Source: Candidatus Hecatella orcuttiae
GTDB lineage: Archaea; Thermoproteota; Bathyarchaeia; Hecatellales; Hecatellaceae
Reading direction: 5' to 3'
DNA length: 64,000 bases
Assembly (NCBI GenBank): GCA_002011035.2
Contig: MTLY02000002.1
Location: 64,001 to 128,000, forward strand
Below the pieces are notes generated by a model, which was given only the letters and a program-made list of their open reading frames with translations, was not told the DNA's origin and did not search any database. Below, one piece after another: positions 47,157 through 55,590 of this stretch; within the stretch, counting starts at the first letter, position 1; each line of letters opens with the position of its first letter. The position numbers were made by a program, and so were the translations under genes.

Positions 47157-47378
47157 ATGGTGGAGAAAGCCAAACGTAGGGCTGTAGAAACCTTGTACAC
47201 GCCGGAAATGGCTCTCATTGAGGCTCGGATACATGACCTGAAGACAAGGTTGCTTCTCATCGGAAGAGAGAACCGTTTTGCTGCAGGTTTTTACGGAGGC
47301 TTGGTTAAAGGATTCATGTGGGGCATGATCATCTCCCTGCTACTGTTCGGAGTTATATTCGCGTATTTCATACCGTGA
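47157..47378 (+). CDS. Mtr stalk subunit resembling the isolated MtrA C-terminal anchor (occupies the mtrF position)
   Basis: PEMALIEARI...IGRENRFAAGFYGG.VKG...G. Confidence 0.75.
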   Translation: MVEKAKRRAVETLYTPEMALIEARIHDLKTRLLLIGRENRFAAGFYGGLVKGFMWGMIISLLLFGVIFAYFIP

Positions 47379-47389
47379 GGAGATACTGA

Positions 47390-47623
47390 ATGGTCGGTAA
47401 ACCGGACGGGGAAGAAGTAGTGGTTCCGACGGTAGTTACACCACCGGAGATAAAGGAGTTCCATGATAGACTGGACGCCGTCGATGAGAAGATCGAGTTC
47501 GTCCTCGGGGAGGTTGCCTTGAGGAGAGGTCTAACCGCTGGAACGTGGATGGGTTTCCTCTACGGCCTAGCGCTAGGCCTCACCATCATCACCTTCCTAA
47601 AATACGTGTTACATTGGATGTAG
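47390..47623 (+). CDS. mtrG: H4MPT S-methyltransferase subunit G
   Basis: VP.V, RLD..DEKIEF..GE...R.G...G...G.LYG. Confidence 0.9.
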   Translation: MVGKPDGEEVVVPTVVTPPEIKEFHDRLDAVDEKIEFVLGEVALRRGLTAGTWMGFLYGLALGLTIITFLKYVLHWM

Positions 47624-47632
47624 GTGATATGC

Positions 47633-48574
47633 ATGTTCAGGTTTGAAAGGGAACAAACCATAGTGGAAGTTGGAAAAGTGAAGTTCGGAGGACAGCCAGG
47701 CGAGCTGCCCACGCCCTTGGCGGGCACAATTTTCTACAAAGGGCATAAAATCATCACCGACCCGAAAAGCGGAGAATTCGACAGAGCTGCGGCTGAAGCC
47801 CTGTTGAAAAAGCAGGAAGAGCTTTCAGAACTCACAGGAGTTCCGCAGGTGGTTCAGGTTTTTGCGGAGGCCCCTGAAGTCATGATCAAGTATCTTGATT
47901 TCGTTTCAAACTTCACCGATGCCCCCCTCCTCATAGACTCCACAGACGCCACCACCCGGCTTCAAGGGGCTAAACATGCAGCGGAAGTGGGGCTACAAGA
48001 TAGGGCGATCTTCAACTCCATCAATGTTTCCATCACCGAACAGGAGATGGCTGTGCTCAGAGAAACCAGCCTGCCTGCTATTGTCTTAGCTTTTAACCCT
48101 AAGGATCAGACAACGGTAAAAGGGCGGATGGAAGTGATGACTACTGGAGCGGGTTTAATGGAAAAAGGCCTCCTAGACATTGCGAAAGAACTCACTGAAA
48201 AAATCCTTATCGACGTGGCAGCTACGGCTTTAAGCTTAGGGGCAGGGCCTTCTGAGAGGGCAACGTACGTGATGAAGACTAAATTCGGGCTGCCGGTGGG
48301 CACAGGCATACACAACGCTGTTTCAGCTTGGACTTGGCTTAAAAAATACAAGAAACAAATCCCTGAAGGAAAAGACGTTTACAGAGTCTGCGATATCTCC
48401 AGCTCCGTTGTCCATGTCCTATGCGGAGGAGATTTCATCCTTTACGGGCCTATTGAAAACGCTCCCTACATCTTCCCAACCGTAGCCTTCGCCAACATCA
48501 TGGTGGCCGAGGCTGTTAAGGAGGGCTTGGGAACGAAGCCGGCTGAGGAGCATCCCGTCAACAAACTCTGCTAA
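47633..48574 (+). CDS. mtrH: H4MPT S-methyltransferase subunit H
   Basis: MFRFEREQ, GGQPGE.PT.L.GTIFY, LIDST, NSIN, G.G.HN..SAW.WL, GDF.LYGPIENA. Confidence 0.96.
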   Translation: MFRFEREQTIVEVGKVKFGGQPGELPTPLAGTIFYKGHKIITDPKSGEFDRAAAEALLKKQEELSELTGVPQVVQVFAEAPEVMIKYLDFVSNFTDAPLLIDSTDATTRLQGAKHAAEVGLQDRAIFNSINVSITEQEMAVLRETSLPAIVLAFNPKDQTTVKGRMEVMTTGAGLMEKGLLDIAKELTEKILIDVAATALSLGAGPSERATYVMKTKFGLPVGTGIHNAVSAWTWLKKYKKQIPEGKDVYRVCDISSSVVHVLCGGDFILYGPIENAPYIFPTVAFANIMVAEAVKEGLGTKPAEEHPVNKLC

Positions 48575-48656
48575 AGCTCTTTCCTCCTTTTTTGTTTACG
48601 GTTTTTCAGCTAGATTTATAACCCTTAGGCTGAAATAATAGCTCAGAACTTCTCAG

Positions 48657-49025
48657 GTGTTTTATATGAGTTGGAGAGTGGCCAGTGAAATAAGGCAGAG
48701 GACAGGGCACCGGTTCAACATAGTCATCCAAAGCCTGCCTGAAGACAGCGAAGCGGCCATGACCTTCGAGGAGCTTTTCAGAAGAGTGAAGGCCAAAGAG
48801 TTTCTCGGGGATGAAGCCGAACTTGCGGAGAATCTGGATGCTTTAGAAAAAAGAAGAGAAATAGGCGTGAAGACAGGACCCGACCAAGTCAAGAGATATT
48901 GGGCAACTCCTAGAGGAAAACTGGAGACTAGAAAAAGAAAAGCCCTCATAAAACTTCACACCCAAGAGCTTACGGAAAATGAAGTGGCTGCCTTAGAAAG
49001 AATGGCCTCTAAACCTAAAGCCTAG
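48657..49025 (+). CDS. Small winged-helix-like hypothetical protein
   Basis: L..L..LE....I.......RYWATPRG wing pattern. Confidence 0.55.
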   Translation: MFYMSWRVASEIRQRTGHRFNIVIQSLPEDSEAAMTFEELFRRVKAKEFLGDEAELAENLDALEKRREIGVKTGPDQVKRYWATPRGKLETRKRKALIKLHTQELTENEVAALERMASKPKA

Positions 49026-49129
49026 AAGCGCTAAACGGCTAGGCGAGCTTGAAGGGCCCTGTTCCGTAACTCTCACCGTTTCCGGTTTTTATTAAAATTT
49101 ATAGAAAGCCAAAGCCTCGGCGGCGTGAA

Positions 49130-50536
49130 ATGAAACCTCATTCAAACGCGGACAGCTTGAAAAAACCGCGGCTGGTGGTGGCGGGGGCTCAGAGCAGCTC
49201 AGGGAAGACCACAGTTACCTTAGGCCTCGCGGGGCTTCTCATGAAAAGAGGCTACCTAGTTCAGACCTTCAAAGTAGGCCCTGACTACATCGACCCCAGC
49301 TATCACACTGGCATCACCCGGAGGCCGTGCCGAAACCTCGATTCATGGATGGTTCCTCTGCCCCATCTGCTGGAGATATTCGCTCACGGCATGGAAGAAG
49401 CTGACATAGCCTTGGTGGAGGGTGTCATGGGCCTTTACGACGGTATCCACGGCGCAGGGGAGGCTGGAAGCACAGCGCAGGTAGCTAAAAGATTGAAGGC
49501 GCCTGTGATCCTTGTAGTTGACGCTCACAGCATGGCGAGGTCCGCTGGAGCTTTAGTTTTAGGCTACAAAAGCTTCGACCCCCAGCTCAGCCTCAGGGGG
49601 GTGATTCTGAACAGGGTCTCTTCCCTCTCCCACGCTCAATGGTGCAAGGAGGCGATCGAGAAAGCAGCTAAGATCCCCGTCGTAGGCGCTATACCCAAGA
49701 GCGGGGAAATAGAAATGCCTGAACGCCATTTGGGGTTGATCCCTGTAAAGGAAAAAGAAAGCCTAGGAGGTTATTTTTCAAAGATAATCTCCCACATGGA
49801 GTCCCACGTGGACTTGGCCATGATCTTGGACGTCGCTGCTTCAGCCCCAAAATTGCCTGAAGTGAAGAAGGTGCTTTTTCCGTCTACTTCTCTTCCTAAA
49901 AAAGTGAGGGTAGGCGTCGCCTTAGATGAAGCCTTCAATTTCTACTACCAAGAAAATTTGGACTTGTTGAGTCTCCACGGCGCTGAGCTTGTGCCCTTCA
50001 GCCCCATCCACCACCGGAAGCTTCCCGAGGTAGACGGCCTATACTTGGGAGGAGGATTCCCGGAAGTGCTTCCCAGAGAACTGGAAGCTAACAAGACCGT
50101 GAGAAACGAGATAAGGAAGGCGGCAGAGGACTCCATGCCTGTCTACGCGGAGTGCGGAGGCTTGATGTATCTCACGAGATCCATCACCGATTTCAACGGC
50201 CGCACGTATAGGATGGTGGGTATTTTCGACGGCAGGACCCTTATGACCAAGAAGCTCTGCCTAAACTACACTTTAGCCAAAGTGGTGAAAGGCCACCTGC
50301 TGGCTGGTCCGGGAGCGAAACTGAAGGGCCATGAGTTTCACTATTCAAAGATCGTGGAAATCCCCCGGGACGCCGTCTTCGCCTACAGCATGGAGAAAGG
50401 CTACGGCATCGACGGGAAACATGACGCTTGGAACCTGTATAATACCTACGCCTCCTACATGCATGTCCACTTCGCCCACAGCCTGAAATTGGTCAGAAAT
50501 TTTATTGCACACTGCCAGAAATACAGCAAACACTGA
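49130..50536 (+). CDS. cbiA: Cobyrinate a,c-diamide synthase (CbiA/CobB family)
   Basis: SSSGKTT, FKVGPDYIDP, EGVMGLYDG, ERHLGL, AECGGLMYL, GHEFHYS, Y.H.HF. Confidence 0.9.
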   Translation: MKPHSNADSLKKPRLVVAGAQSSSGKTTVTLGLAGLLMKRGYLVQTFKVGPDYIDPSYHTGITRRPCRNLDSWMVPLPHLLEIFAHGMEEADIALVEGVMGLYDGIHGAGEAGSTAQVAKRLKAPVILVVDAHSMARSAGALVLGYKSFDPQLSLRGVILNRVSSLSHAQWCKEAIEKAAKIPVVGAIPKSGEIEMPERHLGLIPVKEKESLGGYFSKIISHMESHVDLAMILDVAASAPKLPEVKKVLFPSTSLPKKVRVGVALDEAFNFYYQENLDLLSLHGAELVPFSPIHHRKLPEVDGLYLGGGFPEVLPRELEANKTVRNEIRKAAEDSMPVYAECGGLMYLTRSITDFNGRTYRMVGIFDGRTLMTKKLCLNYTLAKVVKGHLLAGPGAKLKGHEFHYSKIVEIPRDAVFAYSMEKGYGIDGKHDAWNLYNTYASYMHVHFAHSLKLVRNFIAHCQKYSKH

Positions 50537-50544
50537 AGGGAGGA

Positions 50545-51984
50545 CTGAAGGCTTCGGGGTTAAAAATATATAACACGCTGACAGGCCGGGAGGAGGAGTT
50601 TAAACCCATAGAAAGCGGAAAGGTGAAAATCTACACCTGCGGCCCCACCGTGTACGACTACGCCCATATCGGGAACTTCAGAACCTTTGTGCTTCAAGAC
50701 GTTCTAAGGAGGTGGCTGAAATACAAAGGCTACGAGGTCTACCAAGTCATGAACCTAACCGACGTTGACGACAAGACCATCAGAGGCGCCAGAGAAACCG
50801 GTCTCTCCTTGAAGGAGTATACCGCCAAGTATACGGAGGCGTTTTTCGAGGACGCGGATAAACTTGGCATTGAAAGAGTTGAAGTCTACCCCAAAGCCAC
50901 CGAGCACATCCAGGAAATGGTAGAACTGGTCAAGAAGCTCATGGACAAAGGATTCGCCTACCGAGGGGAGGACGGTTCGGTGTATTTTGACATCTCAAAA
51001 TTTCGGGAATACGGCCAGCTGTCCAAGGTCAAGCTACGCCTTTTGAAGGCGAAAGGCCGAATCAAAGCTGACCAGTACTCTAAGGAGGAGGCAGAAGACT
51101 TCGCCCTCTGGAAGGCGTGGGACGAGGAAGATGGGGATGTTTTTTGGGAAACAGAGCTGGGGAAAGGTAGACCTGGATGGCATACCGAATGCGCAGCCTT
51201 GTCCATCAAATATCTGGGGGAAACCTTCGACATCCACGCCGGCGGAGTCGACCTCATGTTTCCTCACCACGAAAACGAGATAGCTCAGGCAGAAGCGGCG
51301 ACTGGTAGAAAATTCGTCAACTACTGGCTTCACTTCAACCACCTGATGGTGGAAGGGAGAAAAATGTCCAAGTCTCTGGGAAACTTCTACACCCTGCGGG
51401 ACTTACTTCAGAGAGGCTACCACCCTAAGGCCATAAGATACGTTCTGCTTTCAACCCATTACCGTAAGATATTAGACTTCTCCTTGAAGAATCTGGAGAA
51501 GGCATCTGATGTCGTCGGAAAACTAGAGGACTTTCTCCATCGACTAAAGGAAGCCAAGGGAAGGAAGGAAGAGGGAGAGAGAGAAGAAGCTGAAAAGCTG
51601 ATTTCTCAATGCAAAGAAAGCTTTGAAGCAGCCATGGACGACGACTTGAATGTAAGCATTGCTTTAGCCTCGGTGTTCAGACTTGTGAGAGAGGCCAACA
51701 GGCTTATCGACGAAAACAAGCTTGGAGAGAAGGAGGCGGAAGACATGGAAGGCTTCTTAAAAAACGTGAACAGAGTCCTCAACCTCGTCGAAGAAAAACC
51801 CAGACCGGAAAAGCTTCCCGAAGAACTGGAGAAACTTCTCATCAAAAGGGAAGAAGCCCGGAAGAATAGAGATTGGAAAACCGCCGACGCCCTTAGGGAA
51901 GAGCTGGAGAAGAAGGGGTTAAAAATAGAGGACACACCGAAAGGGGTGCGGTGGAAGTGGAAAATCAGTTCTCCAAGGAGTTAA
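50545..51984 (+). CDS. cysS: Cysteinyl-tRNA synthetase
   Basis: LKIYNTLT...F.P, YTCGPTVY..AHIGN, DFALWK, GRPGWH.EC, KMSKS; start uncertain (first canonical start GTG 50623). Confidence 0.95.
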   Translation: MKASGLKIYNTLTGREEEFKPIESGKVKIYTCGPTVYDYAHIGNFRTFVLQDVLRRWLKYKGYEVYQVMNLTDVDDKTIRGARETGLSLKEYTAKYTEAFFEDADKLGIERVEVYPKATEHIQEMVELVKKLMDKGFAYRGEDGSVYFDISKFREYGQLSKVKLRLLKAKGRIKADQYSKEEAEDFALWKAWDEEDGDVFWETELGKGRPGWHTECAALSIKYLGETFDIHAGGVDLMFPHHENEIAQAEAATGRKFVNYWLHFNHLMVEGRKMSKSLGNFYTLRDLLQRGYHPKAIRYVLLSTHYRKILDFSLKNLEKASDVVGKLEDFLHRLKEAKGRKEEGEREEAEKLISQCKESFEAAMDDDLNVSIALASVFRLVREANRLIDENKLGEKEAEDMEGFLKNVNRVLNLVEEKPRPEKLPEELEKLLIKREEARKNRDWKTADALREELEKKGLKIEDTPKGVRWKWKISSPRS

Positions 51985-52033
51985 GAAACTTTATTTGAAA
52001 GTTCACCGCATCTACTAGCCTAGGGATTGGGTT

Positions 52034-52213
52034 ATGCCTCAACTGGCTGTCTGTAAAGATTGCGGCCATCTTCTCTATAAGGGCGTCGACCTGAAGCCGG
52101 CTGAGGAGATCATCCAACTTAACGGTGGAACATGTCCTAAATGCGGACGGAAACTGGAATTCTTCATTGACAACGTGGAGATCTTTCCGGTGGAGGACTT
52201 GGAAAAAAGCTAA
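52034..52213 (+). CDS. Small zinc-ribbon protein (59 aa; below the ORF-track cutoff)
   Basis: MPQLAVCKDCGHLLYKGVDLKPAEEIIQLNGGTCPKCGRKLEF... Confidence 0.8.
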   Translation: MPQLAVCKDCGHLLYKGVDLKPAEEIIQLNGGTCPKCGRKLEFFIDNVEIFPVEDLEKS

Positions 52214-55200
52214 CTCCGAATTCTTTCCAGCAATATCTTTATTTTTTCCTCCCCCACCAGCCACTCTTTTAGGTAGGCACCTTCTCCGGCTGGTTTAACG
52301 TTTTCTATGTTCTTCAGCCTCAGGTTTCGGATTCTAACCTCGGTTTTGATGTAGTCTTCCATCTGCTTCAATATGGATAAAGTTTCCGAGCTGGCATACC
52401 CTAGGGTGGCGTCCACGTAGTCTTCGATGTTCAACTGCATGTCTTTCCTCATAAGCTGGGCTCTCCGAACTATTTCCCGGGCTGCGGATTCTGCCAGAAG
52501 CTCAGGGGTCTTAGCTGTATCCACATACACACGGCCGTGGTCAAAATTCTCCGCAACGATGCTACTCGGGTAGATTTCTTCAACCTTGAAGTCTTCTTTT
52601 TGAAGCTTGTAGGTTTCCCCCTCCACGGATACTTCGACTTCCCCCTTCTCTTGGAGCAACTGGAGGGCTGTTCCTTCTCCCATCTTCTCCAAGCCGGCCA
52701 ACACTTTGGGAAAGGCGGATTTAAACTTCAAACCCAAAGAGGCATGCTGAGGTTGAAGTTTAAGCTTTAGGAAGGGCGGCCGCTCTCCAGGGCGAAGAAT
52801 GAGTACTTCTTTGGCGTTGGCTTGGTTGAGGAGTATCTCCTTCCTTCTGGTAAAGGCTTCGTGAGCCGCTTGGTCTGAGGGGAGCAACGTGACCGTCCGC
52901 ACAGGCCATCGGAGTTTTATCCGCCCTTTTTGCCTCGCGGCAAGGACGGCTTTCAAGGCTTCTCTGCAGATTTGAATATCCCTTTCAAGAGTTTCGTCCA
53001 CCAATTCATTTTTTCTCTCAGGCCAACTGCAGAGGTGAATACTTTCAGGCTTCCCGGGGGATAGAGCTGAGTAAAGTTCCTCAGCCAAGTAGGGGGTGAA
53101 AGGGCTCATGAGCTTCAAGGCCTCTAAGAGCACCGTATAGAGGGCTGTGTAGGCGGTCATCTTCTCCACAGCCTCAGCTTCAATCCACGTTCTCCTCCTG
53201 ATCAACCTGAGGTAGAATCGGCTTACATCCTCGACCAAGAAGTCGAAGACTTCCCTTAAGGCTTTGTGAAGCCTGAAGTTCACGAGGTTCTCGGTGACCT
53301 TCCCTGTCATAGATTGGCATCGGGAAAGAAGCCATCTGTCTTCGTCTTTGAGCTGCTTCCAAATTTTTTCCAGAGGCCAATCCTCAGGATTGAACCTGTC
53401 CAACTGCATGTAGGTTACTGCAAAGGCGAAAACGTTCCAGACCACGTTTAAGACTCTTTTCACCTGGGAGAGTTCTTCAACGTCAAAAAGTAAGGTGTCC
53501 TCGGGGGCAGCCTTACCGAGAAGGTAAAACCGGGTTACGTCAGCCCCGTAGAGGTTTAGGATTTCCTCAGTCCAGATTACGTTGCCTTTAGACTTGGACA
53601 TTTTCTGGCCGTATTTGTCGAGGACATGGCCTTGGCATAAAACCTTCACGTAGGGGGTTTTATCGTAGAGGGTTACTCCCGTGGCTAGGAGGGAATAAAA
53701 CCACCCACGGGTCTGGTCCACTGCTTCGGTGATGAAATCATAGGGGTAAAGTCTCTGAAAAAGCTGAGGGTCTTCCAAGGCGTTTATGGATGCGGAATGA
53801 GCTACACCGGAATCCAGCCAGCAGTCGAGAACGAAGGGAACGCGGCTCATTTCCTCTCCGCAGCGAGGGCATTTTAACACTACCTCGTCTATCCATGGAC
53901 GGTGAAGTTCAAGGCGGCTGGGGAGTTTTTTGGCTTCTTTCACCAACTCCTCCCGGGTTCCGATAACTTTCAAGGCTTCGCATTTTCCACACTTCCACAC
54001 ATTGAGAGGGCTTCCCCAAACCCTTGTCCGCGAGATACACCAGTCTTCCGCGTTGCAAAGCCATTCCCCGAATCTGTTTCTCCCAGCCCACTCCGGAAAC
54101 CATTGGACTGAGCTGTTTTCCCCCAGCATCCTTTCCCTGAGAAGGGAGACTTGAAGAAACCATTGTTTGTCCGCCCGGTAGAGGAGGGGAGTGCCGCATC
54201 TCCAGCAAGTGGGGTATTCATGCTCAATTTCTCCAGACCAGACAAGCAGCTCCTTCCTTTTCAGGTCCTCCACTACTGCCTTATTTGCCTCTCGGAAGAA
54301 TATCCCCCCATATTTACCCGCCTCCCCGGTGAAGAGGCCCTTTTGGTCGACAGGGCAGAACACGGGTATTCCGTATCTTGCGCCAACCTCAAAATCTTCT
54401 GGGCCGTGGGCTGGAGCTGTGTGAACGCAGCCTGTTCCCTCTTCCATGGATACATGCTCCCCGCAGATGACGGCGTGGTCGTGAAGGTTGGAATGTCTTC
54501 TGTGAGCAGGAGTTTCTTCCATCAGCGGGTGAACATACTTGGCGCCTTCCAGTTTCCGACCGTTGAAAGAGTCAACTTTAACGTAGTCTTCCACTTTAAG
54601 CTGCTGGAAGACGCGGCTGCGAAGTTCTTCGGCGAGAATCCAAACTTCCTCCCCTACTTTAACCTTGACGTAGGTGTGATCCGGGTGAACTGACACAGCT
54701 TCGTTTCCCACCAGCGTCCAAGGGGTTGTCGTCCAGATTAAAATATACTCCCCGGGTTTATCCTCTAATTGAAACTTGACGATGATGGAAGGGTCTCGTA
54801 GGGTGGCGTAGCCCAGACTCACCTCATGGCTGGAGAGAGGTGTCTCGCAGCGGGGACAAGTGGGTACTACCTTGTAGTCTTCTTTAAGCAGTCCTTTTTC
54901 GTAGGCTTTCTTAATAAACCACCACACAAACTCAATGTACTTATCTTTCCTCGTCTCGTAGGCATGGTCGTAGTCCAGCCATAAGCCGAGTCTTTCAGAG
55001 TTTTTTCTCCAATGTTGAATGTAGAAATCCACCAGCCTACTGCATTCTTCAACAAACCGGCTTAGGCCTATCTTCTCTAAGTCTCCCTTGGATTTTATCC
55101 CTAGGTTTTTTTCAGCCTCGATCTCCACAGGCAGACCTTGACAGTCCCATCCGGCTTTCCGCCAGACGTTTTTCCCCCGCATAGCTTCGAAGCGTAAAAC

Positions 55201-55398
55201 AGCGTCCTTCATCGCCCTTCCGCGAGCATGGCCGATGTGCATGAAGCCGTTGGCCGTGGGGGGGCCTTCTAGGAACCTGAAAAGAGGCCCGGTCTCCCTT
55301 AGCTTGGAAAGCTTGTCTCGGATGCGGTTTTTAACCCACATTTCGGAGACTTTTCTCTCCACTTCAATAGGATCGTAGGAGGGCTTGAGATTTCTCAT
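52210..55398 (-). CDS. ileS: Isoleucyl-tRNA synthetase
   Basis: EGPPTANG.MHIGH, GWDCQGLP, WTTTPWTL, DWCISR, DQTRGWFY, KMSKS. Confidence 0.96.
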   Translation of the reverse strand: MRNLKPSYDPIEVERKVSEMWVKNRIRDKLSKLRETGPLFRFLEGPPTANGFMHIGHARGRAMKDAVLRFEAMRGKNVWRKAGWDCQGLPVEIEAEKNLGIKSKGDLEKIGLSRFVEECSRLVDFYIQHWRKNSERLGLWLDYDHAYETRKDKYIEFVWWFIKKAYEKGLLKEDYKVVPTCPRCETPLSSHEVSLGYATLRDPSIIVKFQLEDKPGEYILIWTTTPWTLVGNEAVSVHPDHTYVKVKVGEEVWILAEELRSRVFQQLKVEDYVKVDSFNGRKLEGAKYVHPLMEETPAHRRHSNLHDHAVICGEHVSMEEGTGCVHTAPAHGPEDFEVGARYGIPVFCPVDQKGLFTGEAGKYGGIFFREANKAVVEDLKRKELLVWSGEIEHEYPTCWRCGTPLLYRADKQWFLQVSLLRERMLGENSSVQWFPEWAGRNRFGEWLCNAEDWCISRTRVWGSPLNVWKCGKCEALKVIGTREELVKEAKKLPSRLELHRPWIDEVVLKCPRCGEEMSRVPFVLDCWLDSGVAHSASINALEDPQLFQRLYPYDFITEAVDQTRGWFYSLLATGVTLYDKTPYVKVLCQGHVLDKYGQKMSKSKGNVIWTEEILNLYGADVTRFYLLGKAAPEDTLLFDVEELSQVKRVLNVVWNVFAFAVTYMQLDRFNPEDWPLEKIWKQLKDEDRWLLSRCQSMTGKVTENLVNFRLHKALREVFDFLVEDVSRFYLRLIRRRTWIEAEAVEKMTAYTALYTVLLEALKLMSPFTPYLAEELYSALSPGKPESIHLCSWPERKNELVDETLERDIQICREALKAVLAARQKGRIKLRWPVRTVTLLPSDQAAHEAFTRRKEILLNQANAKEVLILRPGERPPFLKLKLQPQHASLGLKFKSAFPKVLAGLEKMGEGTALQLLQEKGEVEVSVEGETYKLQKEDFKVEEIYPSSIVAENFDHGRVYVDTAKTPELLAESAAREIVRRAQLMRKDMQLNIEDYVDATLGYASSETLSILKQMEDYIKTEVRIRNLRLKNIENVKPAGEGAYLKEWLVGEEKIKILLERIRS

Positions 55399-55590
55399 GA
55401 CATTACCACTGAAGGGGTGATCTGTCGCTTTTCCTTCTTAGATGCGTGTTCTAGAGATAGAAATTCAGCCTATAATAGTTTTTTACGCGATCCACGCGGC
55501 GAGATTTCAAAAAAATTGGGCCTATAAAACAAATTGAGGCGGCTGCTAAGGTTTAAAGCCTTTAAAGCTATTAAAAAACAGGGTTGTAGG

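Noticed and set aside
51965-52264. 99-aa ORF on the - strand
   Set aside because: Antisense to the zinc-ribbon gene and overlaps cysS and ileS; no motifs
36097-55398. Clustering of lysS, argS, cysS and ileS as a functional unit
   Set aside because: Different strands, separated by unrelated operons; likely coincidental
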